A stretch of DNA of 53,246 nt. Source: a virus. Where the stretch lies: positions 1 through 53,246 of the IMG/VR virus record IMGVR_UViG_3300043622_000001; one strand, written 5' to 3'. The position numbers and the translations under genes were made by a program. Below, piece after piece: positions 1 through 7,625 of the stretch (within the stretch, counting starts at the first letter, position 1; every line of letters begins with the position of its first letter). The notes under the pieces were generated by a model. It saw only the letters and a program-made list of their open reading frames with translations. It did not search any database and was not told the origin of the DNA.

Positions 1-127
1 CGCAGCCCGCTCACCGGCCGGTGCCTCCGCACTGGCAGGGCCAGCCGCCGCAGATCCTGCACGGCGCCCGCAGGCCCCGCGGCCCGCTCGGGGCGGGCGA
101 GGGGACCGGGCCCGAAGGCCCGGCCCC
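1..127. repeat. Terminal direct repeat, copy 1 (identical to 53120..53246); circular-closure overlap
   Basis: Read directly: nt 1-127 (cgcagcccgctcaccggccg...gaaggcccggcccc) recur base-for-base at 53120-53246. Confidence 0.95.
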
Positions 128-129
128 TC
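99..129 (-). terminator. GC-rich hairpin with a UUCG loop on the minus-strand transcript (candidate terminator or attenuator ahead of the early operon)
   Basis: GAGGGG-a-CCGGGCC cgaa GGCCCGG CCCCTC: a 13-bp stem with one bulge. The loop reads UUCG on the minus strand. There is no U-tract. Confidence 0.35.
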
Positions 130-295
130 TCGCACCTCCACCGAGCATGGCGTCTACGGGGGTGCGGTCAAGAGGAGCGGTGGACCGGGCCGGCGATGTT
201 GCATCCCGCGCGCCGGGCACCGATCGCACCTCGGGACCCGCGTGCCAGCGAGCACCCGGGGAGGTAAAGGCCAGCACAGCGGGCCCGGAGGTGCG

Positions 296-321
296 TGGCG
301 ACCCGACCGAAGCCGGGCCGC
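296..321 (-). other. Second UUCG-capped hairpin in the non-coding leader (minus-strand RNA)
   Basis: Minus strand reads GGCGGCCCGGC uucg GUCGGGUCGCC: an 11-bp stem including 2 G-U pairs. On the plus strand these become A-C mismatches, so the structure favours the minus-strand RNA. Confidence 0.3.
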
Positions 322-471
322 CGAGAAAGGGATGAGGCCCAGAAGGTGCCGCCGCTGCTCGGCGCGACGGCTCGGTGTGCAGCGAGAATCTGAGCGAGGC
401 TCCCCCACCAGGCGCCTCCGCGCGGGCGATCGGCCGCCGAGCCGGTCGGTCGCCTGCCGGGTTGGTGTCGG

Positions 472-777
472 TCACGCCGCCGAGTCCTCGGGCGTCGGCG
501 GGTCCATCAGGCTGTCGATGACGGGATCGACCGGATACGCGTGGAGGTGATCGCGGATGCGGATCAGCACGTCGCCCGTCGGGCAGTAGCCGGGCCGCTT
601 GAAGATGTCCGTGACCGTCGAGGGCGAGAGCCGGGCAGGCTCCTTCATCAGGCTCGAACGGTTCAGGCCGCGGCGCTTGAGCTGGTACTCCAGCCGTTCG
701 GGGCTGAAGCCACCAGGCCGGGGGAGAGTTCGTGGCTGCGTCATGAGTATTGGGTAATTCTGCCTCATCTTCGACAC
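472..777 (-). CDS. Cro/CI-type HTH DNA-binding protein (candidate Cro-like early regulator)
   Basis: ORF track, 101 aa. HTH-like segment 'LNRSSLMKEPARLSPSTVTDIFKRPG'. Divergent from the XRE gene at 847. The start is ambiguous (GTG 777, ATG 768 or ATG 744). Confidence 0.7.
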   Translation of the reverse strand: MSKMRQNYPILMTQPRTLPRPGGFSPERLEYQLKRRGLNRSSLMKEPARLSPSTVTDIFKRPGYCPTGDVLIRIRDHLHAYPVDPVIDSLMDPPTPEDSAA

Positions 778-846
778 AAACGCGCACCGAATTTCAGGCA
801 GGAGCCTGACGACCGCTCCGACCCACCGATACGCTGTCCGCGCGCC
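778..846. promoter_or_regulatory. Divergent promoter/operator region of the lysogeny switch
   Basis: Locally AT-richer. Perfect palindrome TCAGGC-agga-GCCTGA at 794-809 overlaps a candidate TGACGA (807-812) - 17 bp - TACGCT (830-835) promoter for the plus-strand XRE gene. Confidence 0.45.
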
Positions 847-1194
847 ATGACAAAGAGGCCAGGCAGCACCGACCCCGAGTCACGCCGGCAGATCGAGCAA
901 CGACGTATCGCCGGCATGATCCGCGCCGCCCGCCGCCGGGCCGGCCTGACCCAGGAGGCACTCGCCCTCCGGATGACCCAGATGGGCACGCAGGCGACGC
1001 GCAGCCAGATATCGATGTGGGAGACGAGCCAGATGCCGGGCGCGTACAAGCTGGTCGCCCTCGTCCACGCCGTGGTCAGCGTGGGCCGGCCGCGGGGCGA
1101 GGGCGACCGGGAGCTGGACCGTCTCCTCGATGCCTTCGGCCAACTCGGGCGCCTGGATGACGACGACCGGCAGCCGCGACGGCGGGACGGCTGA
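847..1194 (+). CDS. XRE-family HTH transcriptional repressor (candidate CI-like immunity repressor)
   Basis: In-frame ATG at 847 inside ORF 541..1194. 'RRRAGLTQEALALRMTQMGTQATRSQISMWETSQ' is a canonical XRE/Cro-CI helix-turn-helix. Confidence 0.85.
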   Translation: MTKRPGSTDPESRRQIEQRRIAGMIRAARRRAGLTQEALALRMTQMGTQATRSQISMWETSQMPGAYKLVALVHAVVSVGRPRGEGDRELDRLLDAFGQLGRLDDDDRQPRRRDG

Positions 1195-1325
1195 CCCGCT
1201 ACCCTCCCGTTCGTCCCTTCCGAACAGGCGGGAATCGCGCTAGGGTAAGGGCCGCGCGACAGATGTGGCGGACGTGTTGCAGAGAGAGGGCAATCCGGGA
1301 GCTGGCGAGACGGGAGGTGCCAGGC

Positions 1326-1496
1326 ATGGAGTCCAAGGAGCAGATAGCAACTCTTCAGGTGGCGGTGGATGCGCTCCACAGCCCCGAGTACCTGGCCGAG
1401 CAGCTCGCGAGCCGCATGGCCGCTGACGGGTTCCCCGCCGGCCTTGTGATGATCGCCCAGGGCCTCCTGGAGACGATCCGCGCGGTCGGCACGTAG
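1326..1496 (+). CDS. Hypothetical protein (56 aa)
   Basis: In-frame ATG within ORF 1263..1496, preceded by a GGGAGG Shine-Dalgarno about 9 nt upstream. Protein-like composition ('MESKEQIATLQVAVDALHSPEYL'). Confidence 0.5.
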   Translation: MESKEQIATLQVAVDALHSPEYLAEQLASRMAADGFPAGLVMIAQGLLETIRAVGT

Positions 1497-1541
1497 TCGA
1501 TCCAGCGGAACGGGTCGGCGCAGTAATCGCTCCAGTGGAGT

Positions 1542-1615
1542 TCAGAACGGCCCAGCGGCCCGTCGGCTGCGGGATCGACTTCGGCAGCACAGATCGATCC
1601 ATCGGGCCGTTCTGA
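1542..1615. repeat. Nested inverted repeat upstream of the recombinase gene (attP arm/core or int control candidate)
   Basis: TCAGAACGGCCC (1542-1553) is the perfect reverse complement of GGGCCGTTCTGA (1604-1615). An inner pair is GGATCGA (1572-1578) / TCGATCC (1594-1600). Confidence 0.6.
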
Positions 1616-1683
1616 GCCCCTCCGAGCGCCTCGAATCCGGGGCGATCGTGCGATTTGTTCGCCCGATTTCCGGGGCAGCCGCC

Positions 1684-1695
1684 TAAAATTTCCTC
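1684..1695 (+). promoter_or_regulatory. Candidate -10 box (TAAAAT) giving a leaderless transcript for the recombinase gene
   Basis: TAAAAT at 1684-1689 with 6 nt to the GTG start at 1696 and no Shine-Dalgarno. The same geometry is seen at 50516-50528. Confidence 0.4.
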
Positions 1696-2658
1696 GTGGC
1701 CGAGGAACGGCTCCGAGCCATCGAGGTCGCGCCCCGAAACCGCTTGGCCGTCGCGGTCGACGAGTACCTGGCGGACTGCCGGGCTCGGGGTCTGCGCAGC
1801 AAGACCGTGCAGCGCTCGTACGCCTGGCCGCTGCGGCACCTCTTCCTCCCCTGGTGCGAGGCCGAGGGCGTCGATGACCCAGCCGCCCTGACCCGCGGCC
1901 TGGTCAACCGCTGGACCGTCAGCCTGCACGAGCAGGGCGGTGCCCGCGGCCACCTGAAGCCGGCGTCGATCCTGGCCTACGTCGAGCCGGTCAACCGCTG
2001 GCTGCGCTGGATGCACGAGCAGGGCGAGATGGAGCACCGGCTGAAGGCCCACCGGCCCCGGCTCCCCAAGCGCGTGGTCGAGGTGCTGACGCCGGCCGAG
2101 GTGGAGCGGATGGTGGACACGGCGCGCAACGTCCGCGACCGGCTCATCGTGCGCTGCCTGTGGCAGACGGGCTGTCGCGCCTCCGAGCTGCTCCACCTCC
2201 GCCTCGGCGACGTGACGGTCCACGACCGCCGGCCGGCGCTGCGGCTGCTGGCTCCCGACGTGGGCGGCGGGGCCAAGGGCGGCCGCGAGCGCCTGGTCCC
2301 CATCCCCCACCTCGCGCCGGAGCTCCGCCGCTACATCGAGCGGGCGCGGCCGGAGAGCTACAGCGACCGCCTGTGGCTGAGCCTGCGCCGGACGCCGGCC
2401 GGGGAGTTCGTCCCGCTGGAGCTGGGCGGCCTGGAGCAGATGATCCGCCAGCTCGCGCAGGACGCTGGGATCAAGCGCCGCGTCCACCCGCACCTCTTCC
2501 GGCACTCGGCGGTGACCCACTGGCTCCGGAAGGGCATGAGCCCGCTCCAGGTGGCGAACATCGTCGGCCACTCCAGCCTGAAGATGATCCACGAGATCTA
2601 CGGCCACCTGAACGTCGGGGACGCCTACGAAGCCCTGGCCCGGGTGCTGGACGAGTAG
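1696..2658 (+). CDS. int: Tyrosine recombinase/integrase (XerC/D-like), recombinase 1
   Basis: 320 aa. Catalytic signature 'GCRASELL' (Arg I), 'HPHLFRHSAV' (H-x-x-R), 'VGHSSLKMIHEIYGHL' (His/Tyr). Adjacent to the repressor pair. Confidence 0.9.
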   Translation: MAEERLRAIEVAPRNRLAVAVDEYLADCRARGLRSKTVQRSYAWPLRHLFLPWCEAEGVDDPAALTRGLVNRWTVSLHEQGGARGHLKPASILAYVEPVNRWLRWMHEQGEMEHRLKAHRPRLPKRVVEVLTPAEVERMVDTARNVRDRLIVRCLWQTGCRASELLHLRLGDVTVHDRRPALRLLAPDVGGGAKGGRERLVPIPHLAPELRRYIERARPESYSDRLWLSLRRTPAGEFVPLELGGLEQMIRQLAQDAGIKRRVHPHLFRHSAVTHWLRKGMSPLQVANIVGHSSLKMIHEIYGHLNVGDAYEALARVLDE

Positions 2659-2675
2659 GTCTCTGAATACGAAAA

Positions 2676-2695
2676 GGCCGGGGTTTCCCCCGGCC
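2676..2695. terminator. Bidirectional hairpin between the convergent int and GNAT genes
   Basis: GGCCGGGG-tttc-CCCCGGCC, preceded by AAAA on the plus strand. Lies between the stop codons at 2658 and 2772. Confidence 0.55.
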
Positions 2696-2771
2696 CTCCC
2701 GTAATCCAGCCAAAGCTCCTCTTGTTACGCCGCCAGCCCGGAGCGGGGCTTGCGGTCGGTCATGACAGGGA

Positions 2772-3392
2772 CTACCTCCTGATGGTGGCCGCCGACGGGG
2801 TGCCGGCGGCGCGAGGGTCGAGAATCCGGCGGGCGCGCTCCACGAGACGCGGAGGCGCGTAGTCCGCGGGCCTGACGTCCAGCCGCCCGGCGGGGCTCAG
2901 CGTCAGGCGCACGATCGGCCGGAAGCCGGCGTTGGCGTGCGCGGCCTGGCTGGGCTCGTTGTCGTCGAGGATGCCGTTCCACATGACGGCGCGGCCTTCG
3001 CGGGCCAGCTGCCAGCCGGCGCAGCGCAGAAGCCTGGGAGCCAGCCCGAGCCCGCGGTACTCCGGGACCGTGCCCACGTCCCAGCCGTGCACCTCGTCGG
3101 CGGCGAAGAAGAGCGGGCGCCCGAGCGGCCAGGCGTACTCGACGCCGGCGGACACCCAGAGCCAGGAGACGACCTCGCGCTGGCGGGTGACCACCCATGC
3201 CCGGCAGCCGCGGGCGAAGCGGCCGGCGACCTCGGCCTCGGTGGTCCTCATCGCGCGGGCCAGCGAGCGGACCTCGCGGACCTCGTCGGCGACGTACGCG
3301 CCGCACGCCTCCGGCCGCTGGACGCGGGCCAGGTCGAGCGCCCAGAGGGCGGCGTGGACGCGCTGCGGCTCGACGTGGGCCAGGGCTGTCAC
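2772..3392 (-). CDS. GNAT-family N-acetyltransferase
   Basis: 'VPEYRGLGLAPRLLRCAGWQLA' is the acetyl-CoA motif A (R-G-x-G-x-A). C-terminal 'AAHANAGFRP'. GTG 3392 overlaps the upstream stop (GTGA). Confidence 0.8.
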   Translation of the reverse strand: MTALAHVEPQRVHAALWALDLARVQRPEACGAYVADEVREVRSLARAMRTTEAEVAGRFARGCRAWVVTRQREVVSWLWVSAGVEYAWPLGRPLFFAADEVHGWDVGTVPEYRGLGLAPRLLRCAGWQLAREGRAVMWNGILDDNEPSQAAHANAGFRPIVRLTLSPAGRLDVRPADYAPPRLVERARRILDPRAAGTPSAATIRR

Positions 3393-3586
3393 GCCGGCAC
3401 CACGTGAATCGACAGGCCATCGACCACGTCGGCCCACTCCGCCCAGTCCACGCCAGGCCAGTTCGTTCCGAACCAGTCCTGGCCCAGGCGCTCGACGACG
3501 ACCGCCATCGCTCCCTCGGCGCAGTCACCCGGCGTGTCCGCCACGATGGTGGCGCCGATCAGCTCCCTCGCGTAGGCCCAGGCCAT
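3389..3586 (-). CDS. Hypothetical protein (65 aa, acidic, Trp-rich)
   Basis: ATG at 3586 overlaps the upstream stop (ATGA). 'MAWAYARELIGATIVADTPGDCAEG...'. Below or near the ORF-track cutoff within ORF 3389..3829. Confidence 0.55.
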   Translation of the reverse strand: MAWAYARELIGATIVADTPGDCAEGAMAVVVERLGQDWFGTNWPGVDWAEWADVVDGLSIHVVPA

Positions 3587-3894
3587 CACGCCGCCCTCCG
3601 CTCCAGCTCGGCGACCCGCCGCTCCAGCCTGACGACCTTCGGGTCCGGGCGGCCAGCACGCCACCAGCCGATGGCGAGCGCCGTGAGCGTGACCGGGACG
3701 ATCAGCGCAGGCAGCGCCCATTCGCCGTCGACGAGGCCCATCACGACGAGCCAGAGCTGGCTGACGGCGAGGCACACGCTGCCGGCGCGGCGCCGGTCGA
3801 AGGCCAGCAGCAGCAGGTAGCCCGACCACACCCAGGGCACGGCGGCCAGCGACGGCCAGGACGTCCGGATGGCCTCGGGCAGCAGCGGGTCCAT
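3586..3894 (-). CDS. Small integral membrane protein (102 aa)
   Basis: ORF track. Three hydrophobic segments followed by a charged helix 'RLERRVAELERRAA'. Confidence 0.65.
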   Translation of the reverse strand: MDPLLPEAIRTSWPSLAAVPWVWSGYLLLLAFDRRRAGSVCLAVSQLWLVVMGLVDGEWALPALIVPVTLTALAIGWWRAGRPDPKVVRLERRVAELERRAA

Positions 3895-3897
3895 GAC

Positions 3898-4341
3898 CTA
3901 CGGCCGCTCCGGCCAGAAGTGCTCGATGACGCCGTGCCCGATGAAGTACCCGGCCATGTTGCCGACCAGGACGATCGCGCCCGCGCTGGTCACCGTGCCG
4001 TGCAGGGTCGCGCCGTCGGGTCCGAGGGTCGGCTGGAACGTCACCCAGCCGAGGACCATCAGGGCGGTCAGCGCGGCGACGTCGATCGCGCTGTGGGCGT
4101 AGCGCACCACGAATGCACGGCGCCGGGACTCCAGGGGCTCCTCCTCCTCGATCAGCCGTTGCGTGCAGGGTCGGCAGAGCAGGGCTCCGGAGGCCACGTC
4201 ACGGAACGCGATCGGGCCGCCGCAGTGATCGCAGGGCTGGACCCACTCGCACGACTGGCACAGGGTGTCGTCCGGCAGCGCGGCGCACTCCGGGCACGGG
4301 CCCTCCTCGATCGGGTCGAGGTAGGTGTTCAGCGTCTCCAT
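3898..4341 (-). CDS. Cys-rich (zinc-ribbon-like) membrane protein (147 aa)
   Basis: ATG 4341 overlaps the translocase stop (ATGA). 'CPEC...CQSC...CDHC...CRPC' is followed by three hydrophobic segments. Confidence 0.65.
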   Translation of the reverse strand: METLNTYLDPIEEGPCPECAALPDDTLCQSCEWVQPCDHCGGPIAFRDVASGALLCRPCTQRLIEEEEPLESRRRAFVVRYAHSAIDVAALTALMVLGWVTFQPTLGPDGATLHGTVTSAGAIVLVGNMAGYFIGHGVIEHFWPERP

Positions 4342-6335
4342 CAGGAACTCCTCATCGCAACCACGGAAGGGATACCGGCCCGCCGCCACCGCGCACGCGC
4401 CACCCTGACTGCCTTGCCAGCGTCCCGCAGGCCCTCGAGCTTCTTGGCAACCCACGAGTCGCTCATCCCCGTCATCCGAACCAGCTCCGCACGCTCAACC
4501 CCCTCTTCAGGGGCCGCGTCGAGCAGCTCGAGCAGGCGGTCCAGCGGATCCAGGCGGGTAGCCGGATCCACGAGGTGCAGTGCAGGCCGGCCTGGCTCGG
4601 CAGCCGTGGTGGGCTCCGCAGGTGGCGGCAGCGGCCGGACGGAGAGGTTGCCCTCGGTGGCAACCCCCTCGTCCAGCGGCCGGGAGCCACGAGCGGCGGC
4701 GGCCAGGGCGGCGACCTCGGCCACCTTGGCGTCGTCGACCCAGTAGGTCTGCCAGCGGTCGGGCGAGTCGTAGACGCCCTGCCAGCGGACGTAGGCGAGG
4801 CCGGGCCGGTCGAGCAGATCGGTCCTCCAGCCGGCGCGCTTGGCGCCGTCGCCGAAGGACAACTCCTCGTCACCGGGGAGCATGTAGTACGAGACCGTGA
4901 GGCCGAGCTGCGACTTGGCGTCACCGGTCTGCCCGGAGCCGCCGGTCTTGGCCGCCGAGGCGCGCTGCGTGCAGAGGAGGAACCAGATCCCGGTGGCGCG
5001 CGCCTGCGCCAGCAGCACGTCGAGCAGATCCTTCGCCTTCGTCGGCAGCACGCCCCACTCGTCGACCACGAAGATGACCAGCGGCTCCGCGGCGGACGGA
5101 ACCCAGAAGCGCCGGCCTGCCGCGCGCAGGACGCCCCAGCGCCGCTTCATCTCCGCGGTCGCGCGCTCCAGCAGGACGATGGCCTCGTCGCCATCGATGG
5201 CCAGCTCGCGGAAGAGGGTCGCCCAGGGTGACAACTCGATCCCGCCCTTGGCGTCGACTCCCCAGTGCTCGACCTCGGCCAGCAGGGCCGTCTCAGCCAG
5301 CAGGCAGTTGACGAAGGACCCCTTGCCCCAGCCGGTCTGTCCGGTGACCTGGACGTGTGGCGCGAGCCGGCCGTCCTTGGGGTTGATGAGCGGCAGCAGC
5401 ACCGGCCGCCGGCCGCTGAACTCGCCGAGCCGGACGGGATCGGTCACCCGCCGCGGCGGCTTCGCCGGCCAGGGCAGCATCGCGGGCGGCGGCGCCATCT
5501 CGGCCACCGAACGGAACTCCAGCACGACCTCGTGGGCCAGCCCTTCGTCGGCTCGCTTGGGCCGCAGCGATCCCGGCCGCAGTCGCCACTCGGTCTCCAG
5601 CGCGCCGACGACCAGGCGGACGTCGTCGAGGGTCTTGCCCGAGCCCAACTCCAGGCGGACCCAGGCCGGGCCCGAGGGGTTCCAGTGGGCACCCACGAGG
5701 GCGCTGTTCGGCAGGTTGACTTGACGCATGCGCGACGTCCACGGCCACCTCTTCCCCATCCGCCCGAACTGCCGCGCCGCCCGGAGCTGGAGCCGGAGCG
5801 CCGACCGCAACTCCCTCGCGTACGCGCGCGTGACGCGCGCGCGAGGCCAGTCGATCGTCGGCAGCCGCCGGAGCCGCCGGTAGACGGCCCAGACCATCGC
5901 GAAGAGGGGAGCCCCAGCGGCCAGCGGCACGTCCAGCTCGGGGCGGTAGGGGCCGAGCTGCCAGGCCAGCGAGAGCCAGGCCACGGCCAGTACGCCCACC
6001 GTCCGGACGTAGCGCCGCTCCAGCATCCGCTCGTAGCGCTGGGTGCCGGTGCGGACCACGAGGGCGGCCATCAGGGAGGCCGCCCACCAGGCGTCGGGGT
6101 TCATGCGGGACCCCAGGAAGGACAGGACCAGGAGGGCGGTCGGCCCGGCCAGCGGGAGCCAGCCAGGGGACCAGAACCGGGCCAGCCCGGGGCCTGGTTC
6201 CGGACCTCCGGCGGCAAACGGTATTCCGGTATCGGTACCGGAGACCCCCGGCCCAAGGCGCGCGCGTGTGACGCCCGCGTACTCGCCCGCGCGCGCGAGG
6301 CTCGAAGCGCTGGTGGTCCGGGTGAAGAGGCCCAT
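4341..6335 (-). CDS. Membrane-anchored FtsK/SpoIIIE-family dsDNA translocase, TraB/Tra-like (conjugative-plasmid/AICE type)
   Basis: 664 aa. N-terminal hydrophobic segments, Walker A 'VTGQTGWGKGS', Walker B 'LVIFVVDEWG', 'LLCTQRAS', and a C-terminal winged-helix-like 'ELVRMTGMSDSWVAKKLEGLRDAGKAV'. Confidence 0.9.
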   Translation of the reverse strand: MGLFTRTTSASSLARAGEYAGVTRARLGPGVSGTDTGIPFAAGGPEPGPGLARFWSPGWLPLAGPTALLVLSFLGSRMNPDAWWAASLMAALVVRTGTQRYERMLERRYVRTVGVLAVAWLSLAWQLGPYRPELDVPLAAGAPLFAMVWAVYRRLRRLPTIDWPRARVTRAYARELRSALRLQLRAARQFGRMGKRWPWTSRMRQVNLPNSALVGAHWNPSGPAWVRLELGSGKTLDDVRLVVGALETEWRLRPGSLRPKRADEGLAHEVVLEFRSVAEMAPPPAMLPWPAKPPRRVTDPVRLGEFSGRRPVLLPLINPKDGRLAPHVQVTGQTGWGKGSFVNCLLAETALLAEVEHWGVDAKGGIELSPWATLFRELAIDGDEAIVLLERATAEMKRRWGVLRAAGRRFWVPSAAEPLVIFVVDEWGVLPTKAKDLLDVLLAQARATGIWFLLCTQRASAAKTGGSGQTGDAKSQLGLTVSYYMLPGDEELSFGDGAKRAGWRTDLLDRPGLAYVRWQGVYDSPDRWQTYWVDDAKVAEVAALAAAARGSRPLDEGVATEGNLSVRPLPPPAEPTTAAEPGRPALHLVDPATRLDPLDRLLELLDAAPEEGVERAELVRMTGMSDSWVAKKLEGLRDAGKAVRVARARWRRAGIPSVVAMRSS

Positions 6336-6345
6336 CAGGTTCCCG

Positions 6346-6729
6346 TCAGCGCCCCGGCTGGGAGGAGGTGTAGGTGGCCCAGAGGTTGCCCAGGTCGGCG
6401 TGGTGCTGGATGCCCCAGGAGAGCAGCGGGACCCCGACGAAGAGGATGACCAGCGCCTTGCCCAGGCCCTTCAGCATGCGGTCGCCGAAGTCGTGCAGGG
6501 GCGGGATGAAGTGGCACAGCCCGCCGGCCGCCAGCACGACCAGGGCGAAGGCGGCGCCCAGGGCCTGTGCGGTGGCGACCGGGTCCACGCCAACGTGCTG
6601 GATGGTGCCAAGGATGGTCGTACGGCCGGTCGGCCCGAGCAGGTAGAGGAGCCCGAACGCCAGGCCGCCGAGGATGATCGAGGCCCAGAACGGGTCCCGC
6701 TTCCAGAGTCCCGTCGCGAACTTATGCAT
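6346..6729 (-). CDS. Polytopic membrane protein (127 aa), Spd-like by context
   Basis: In-frame ATG 6729 (ATGA overlap) within shadow ORF 6346..7350. 'MHKFATGLWKRDPFWASIILGGLAFGLLYLLG...' has about 4 hydrophobic segments. Confidence 0.65.
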   Translation of the reverse strand: MHKFATGLWKRDPFWASIILGGLAFGLLYLLGPTGRTTILGTIQHVGVDPVATAQALGAAFALVVLAAGGLCHFIPPLHDFGDRMLKGLGKALVILFVGVPLLSWGIQHHADLGNLWATYTSSQPGR

Positions 6730-6980
6730 CAGAAAGACCTCCTGTTGAACCGGGCGACGAGGGCACGGACGGCCCAGGCGCCCCAGATGGCGGCCATCCA
6801 GAGGACGGCGATGACGAGGACGATCGGGATGCCGATGCACTTCCCGAGGAAGTCGGCGACCCGCTGCTGCTCCGGCCGCAGGACCGGCAGGTCGATGACC
6901 TCGGCGATCCCGTCGAGGATCAGCACGTGGTCGTCGTCGCCCTCCTCGGGCAGCTGGCCGGCGTAGTGGACGCCGCGCAT
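6729..6980 (-). CDS. Small membrane protein (83 aa)
   Basis: ORF track. Acidic N-terminus and a C-terminal TM 'IGIPIVLVIAVLWMAAIWGAWAV'. Confidence 0.6.
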   Translation of the reverse strand: MRGVHYAGQLPEEGDDDHVLILDGIAEVIDLPVLRPEQQRVADFLGKCIGIPIVLVIAVLWMAAIWGAWAVRALVARFNRRSF

Positions 6981-7456
6981 CAGGCCACCAGGTAGGAGCC
7001 GAAGGCCCCGGAGTTGTAGGTGGACCAGGCGTTCCAGTTCCGCCCGTAGTTCGAGATCCGGGCCGCGGCGCGCGCGGCGCAGCCCAGCTCCATCGCGCAG
7101 GCCGGCGAGACGTCCGGGTGCGCGAGCACGTTGATCTGCCAGGGTCCGTAGGACTGCTCCGGCGCCTGGCCGGGGACGCAGTTCGTAGGGCAGAGGTGGA
7201 CGGCATCCGAACGCCCGCCCGACTCGGCGCGAGCGATGGCGGCTCCGACCGGCGCGGCGGCCGGCGGCACCCCGGCGGCCTCAAGCGCGCCGACCAGCTC
7301 GGCGTAGCTGTAGACGACGCCCGGCCCGGACGAGTACAGGCGGACGTCACCCTGGCTGCGGAGCGCGTTGCAGCCGATCTGCACGACCAGCAGGAACGCG
7401 ATCACCTTCCAGTGCCGGAGGCAGAAGCTGATGACGGCGAGGGAGTCGGCGATCAC
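6980..7456 (-). CDS. Membrane-anchored lytic transglycosylase (SLT/lysozyme-like)
   Basis: N-terminal TM, then 'AIARAESGGRSDAV' (catalytic E-S) and 'YGPWQINVL', 'WSTYNSGAY-like' motifs of SLT domains. GTG start overlaps the upstream stop. Confidence 0.75.
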   Translation of the reverse strand: MIADSLAVISFCLRHWKVIAFLLVVQIGCNALRSQGDVRLYSSGPGVVYSYAELVGALEAAGVPPAAAPVGAAIARAESGGRSDAVHLCPTNCVPGQAPEQSYGPWQINVLAHPDVSPACAMELGCAARAAARISNYGRNWNAWSTYNSGAFGSYLVA

Positions 7457-7536
7457 CGGGACGCCCTCTCGACGGCGCGGTCCACGGCCCAGGCGATCAC
7501 GAGGGCGATGCAGCCGAAGACGATCAGGCCGGTCAC
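7453..7536 (-). CDS. Tiny single-TM peptide (27 aa)
   Basis: Not in the ORF track as such. GTG 7536 overlaps the upstream stop (GTGA). 'VTGLIVFGCIALVIAWAVDRAVERASR'. Confidence 0.35.
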   Translation of the reverse strand: MTGLIVFGCIALVIAWAVDRAVERASR

Positions 7537-7625
7537 CGCAGCACCCTCCCGGAGATCACCGAGCCGGCCGCCCAGATGAGGAGCGGGGCGGCGATCGCGA
7601 GCACGACGACGAGCGCGAGGGTCAT
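7533..7625 (-). CDS. Tiny single-TM peptide (30 aa)
   Basis: ATG 7625 overlaps the upstream stop (ATGA). 'MTLALVVVLAIAAPLLIWAAGSVISGRVLR'. Confidence 0.4.
   Translation of the reverse strand: MTLALVVVLAIAAPLLIWAAGSVISGRVLR

Noticed and set aside
1-127. Reading the 127-nt terminal repeat as a biological direct terminal repeat (DTR) or long terminal repeat of an insertion.
   Set aside because: The fixed, k-mer-like length, the exact identity and the continuity of genes and a hairpin across the junction fit an assembly closure overlap better. A true short DTR cannot be excluded without reads.
11-787. A 258-aa minus-strand ORF spanning the non-coding leader and the contig junction, plus ORFs 21..335, 154..408 and 242..550.
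   Set aside because: They have no protein-like composition or motifs and they overlap each other in several frames. I treated the region as non-coding or structured RNA.
1631-1638. TCGAATCC, reminiscent of a tRNA T-loop, considered as a tRNA or tRNA-3'-end attP core.
   Set aside because: The flanking bases do not form a T-stem or acceptor stem, and no cloverleaf could be drawn. I recognised no tRNA anywhere in the window by eye, and a tRNAscan run would be needed to be sure.
1240-2607. A 455-aa minus-strand ORF covering the integrase locus.
   Set aside because: It is antisense to an ORF with the full tyrosine-recombinase catalytic signature. It has shadow-ORF composition and no motifs.
2772-3586. 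The 65-aa gene plus the GNAT gene considered as a GNAT-toxin/antitoxin pair (TacT/AtaT-like).
   Set aside because: The small protein has no RHH/DUF1778-like features and the GNAT is longer than typical toxins. Both are the tail end of an 11-gene coupled operon rather than an autonomous bicistron.
2932-4746. A 604-aa plus-strand ORF, the longest in this region, plus similar long ORFs at 4113..5231, 5265..6449 and 6043..6966.
   Set aside because: The composition is Arg/Pro/Ala/Ser/Gly-rich and repetitive, typical of out-of-frame or antisense shadow ORFs in high-GC DNA. They lie antisense to the motif-bearing FtsK-like, GNAT and membrane genes, which are also linked by stop-start overlaps.
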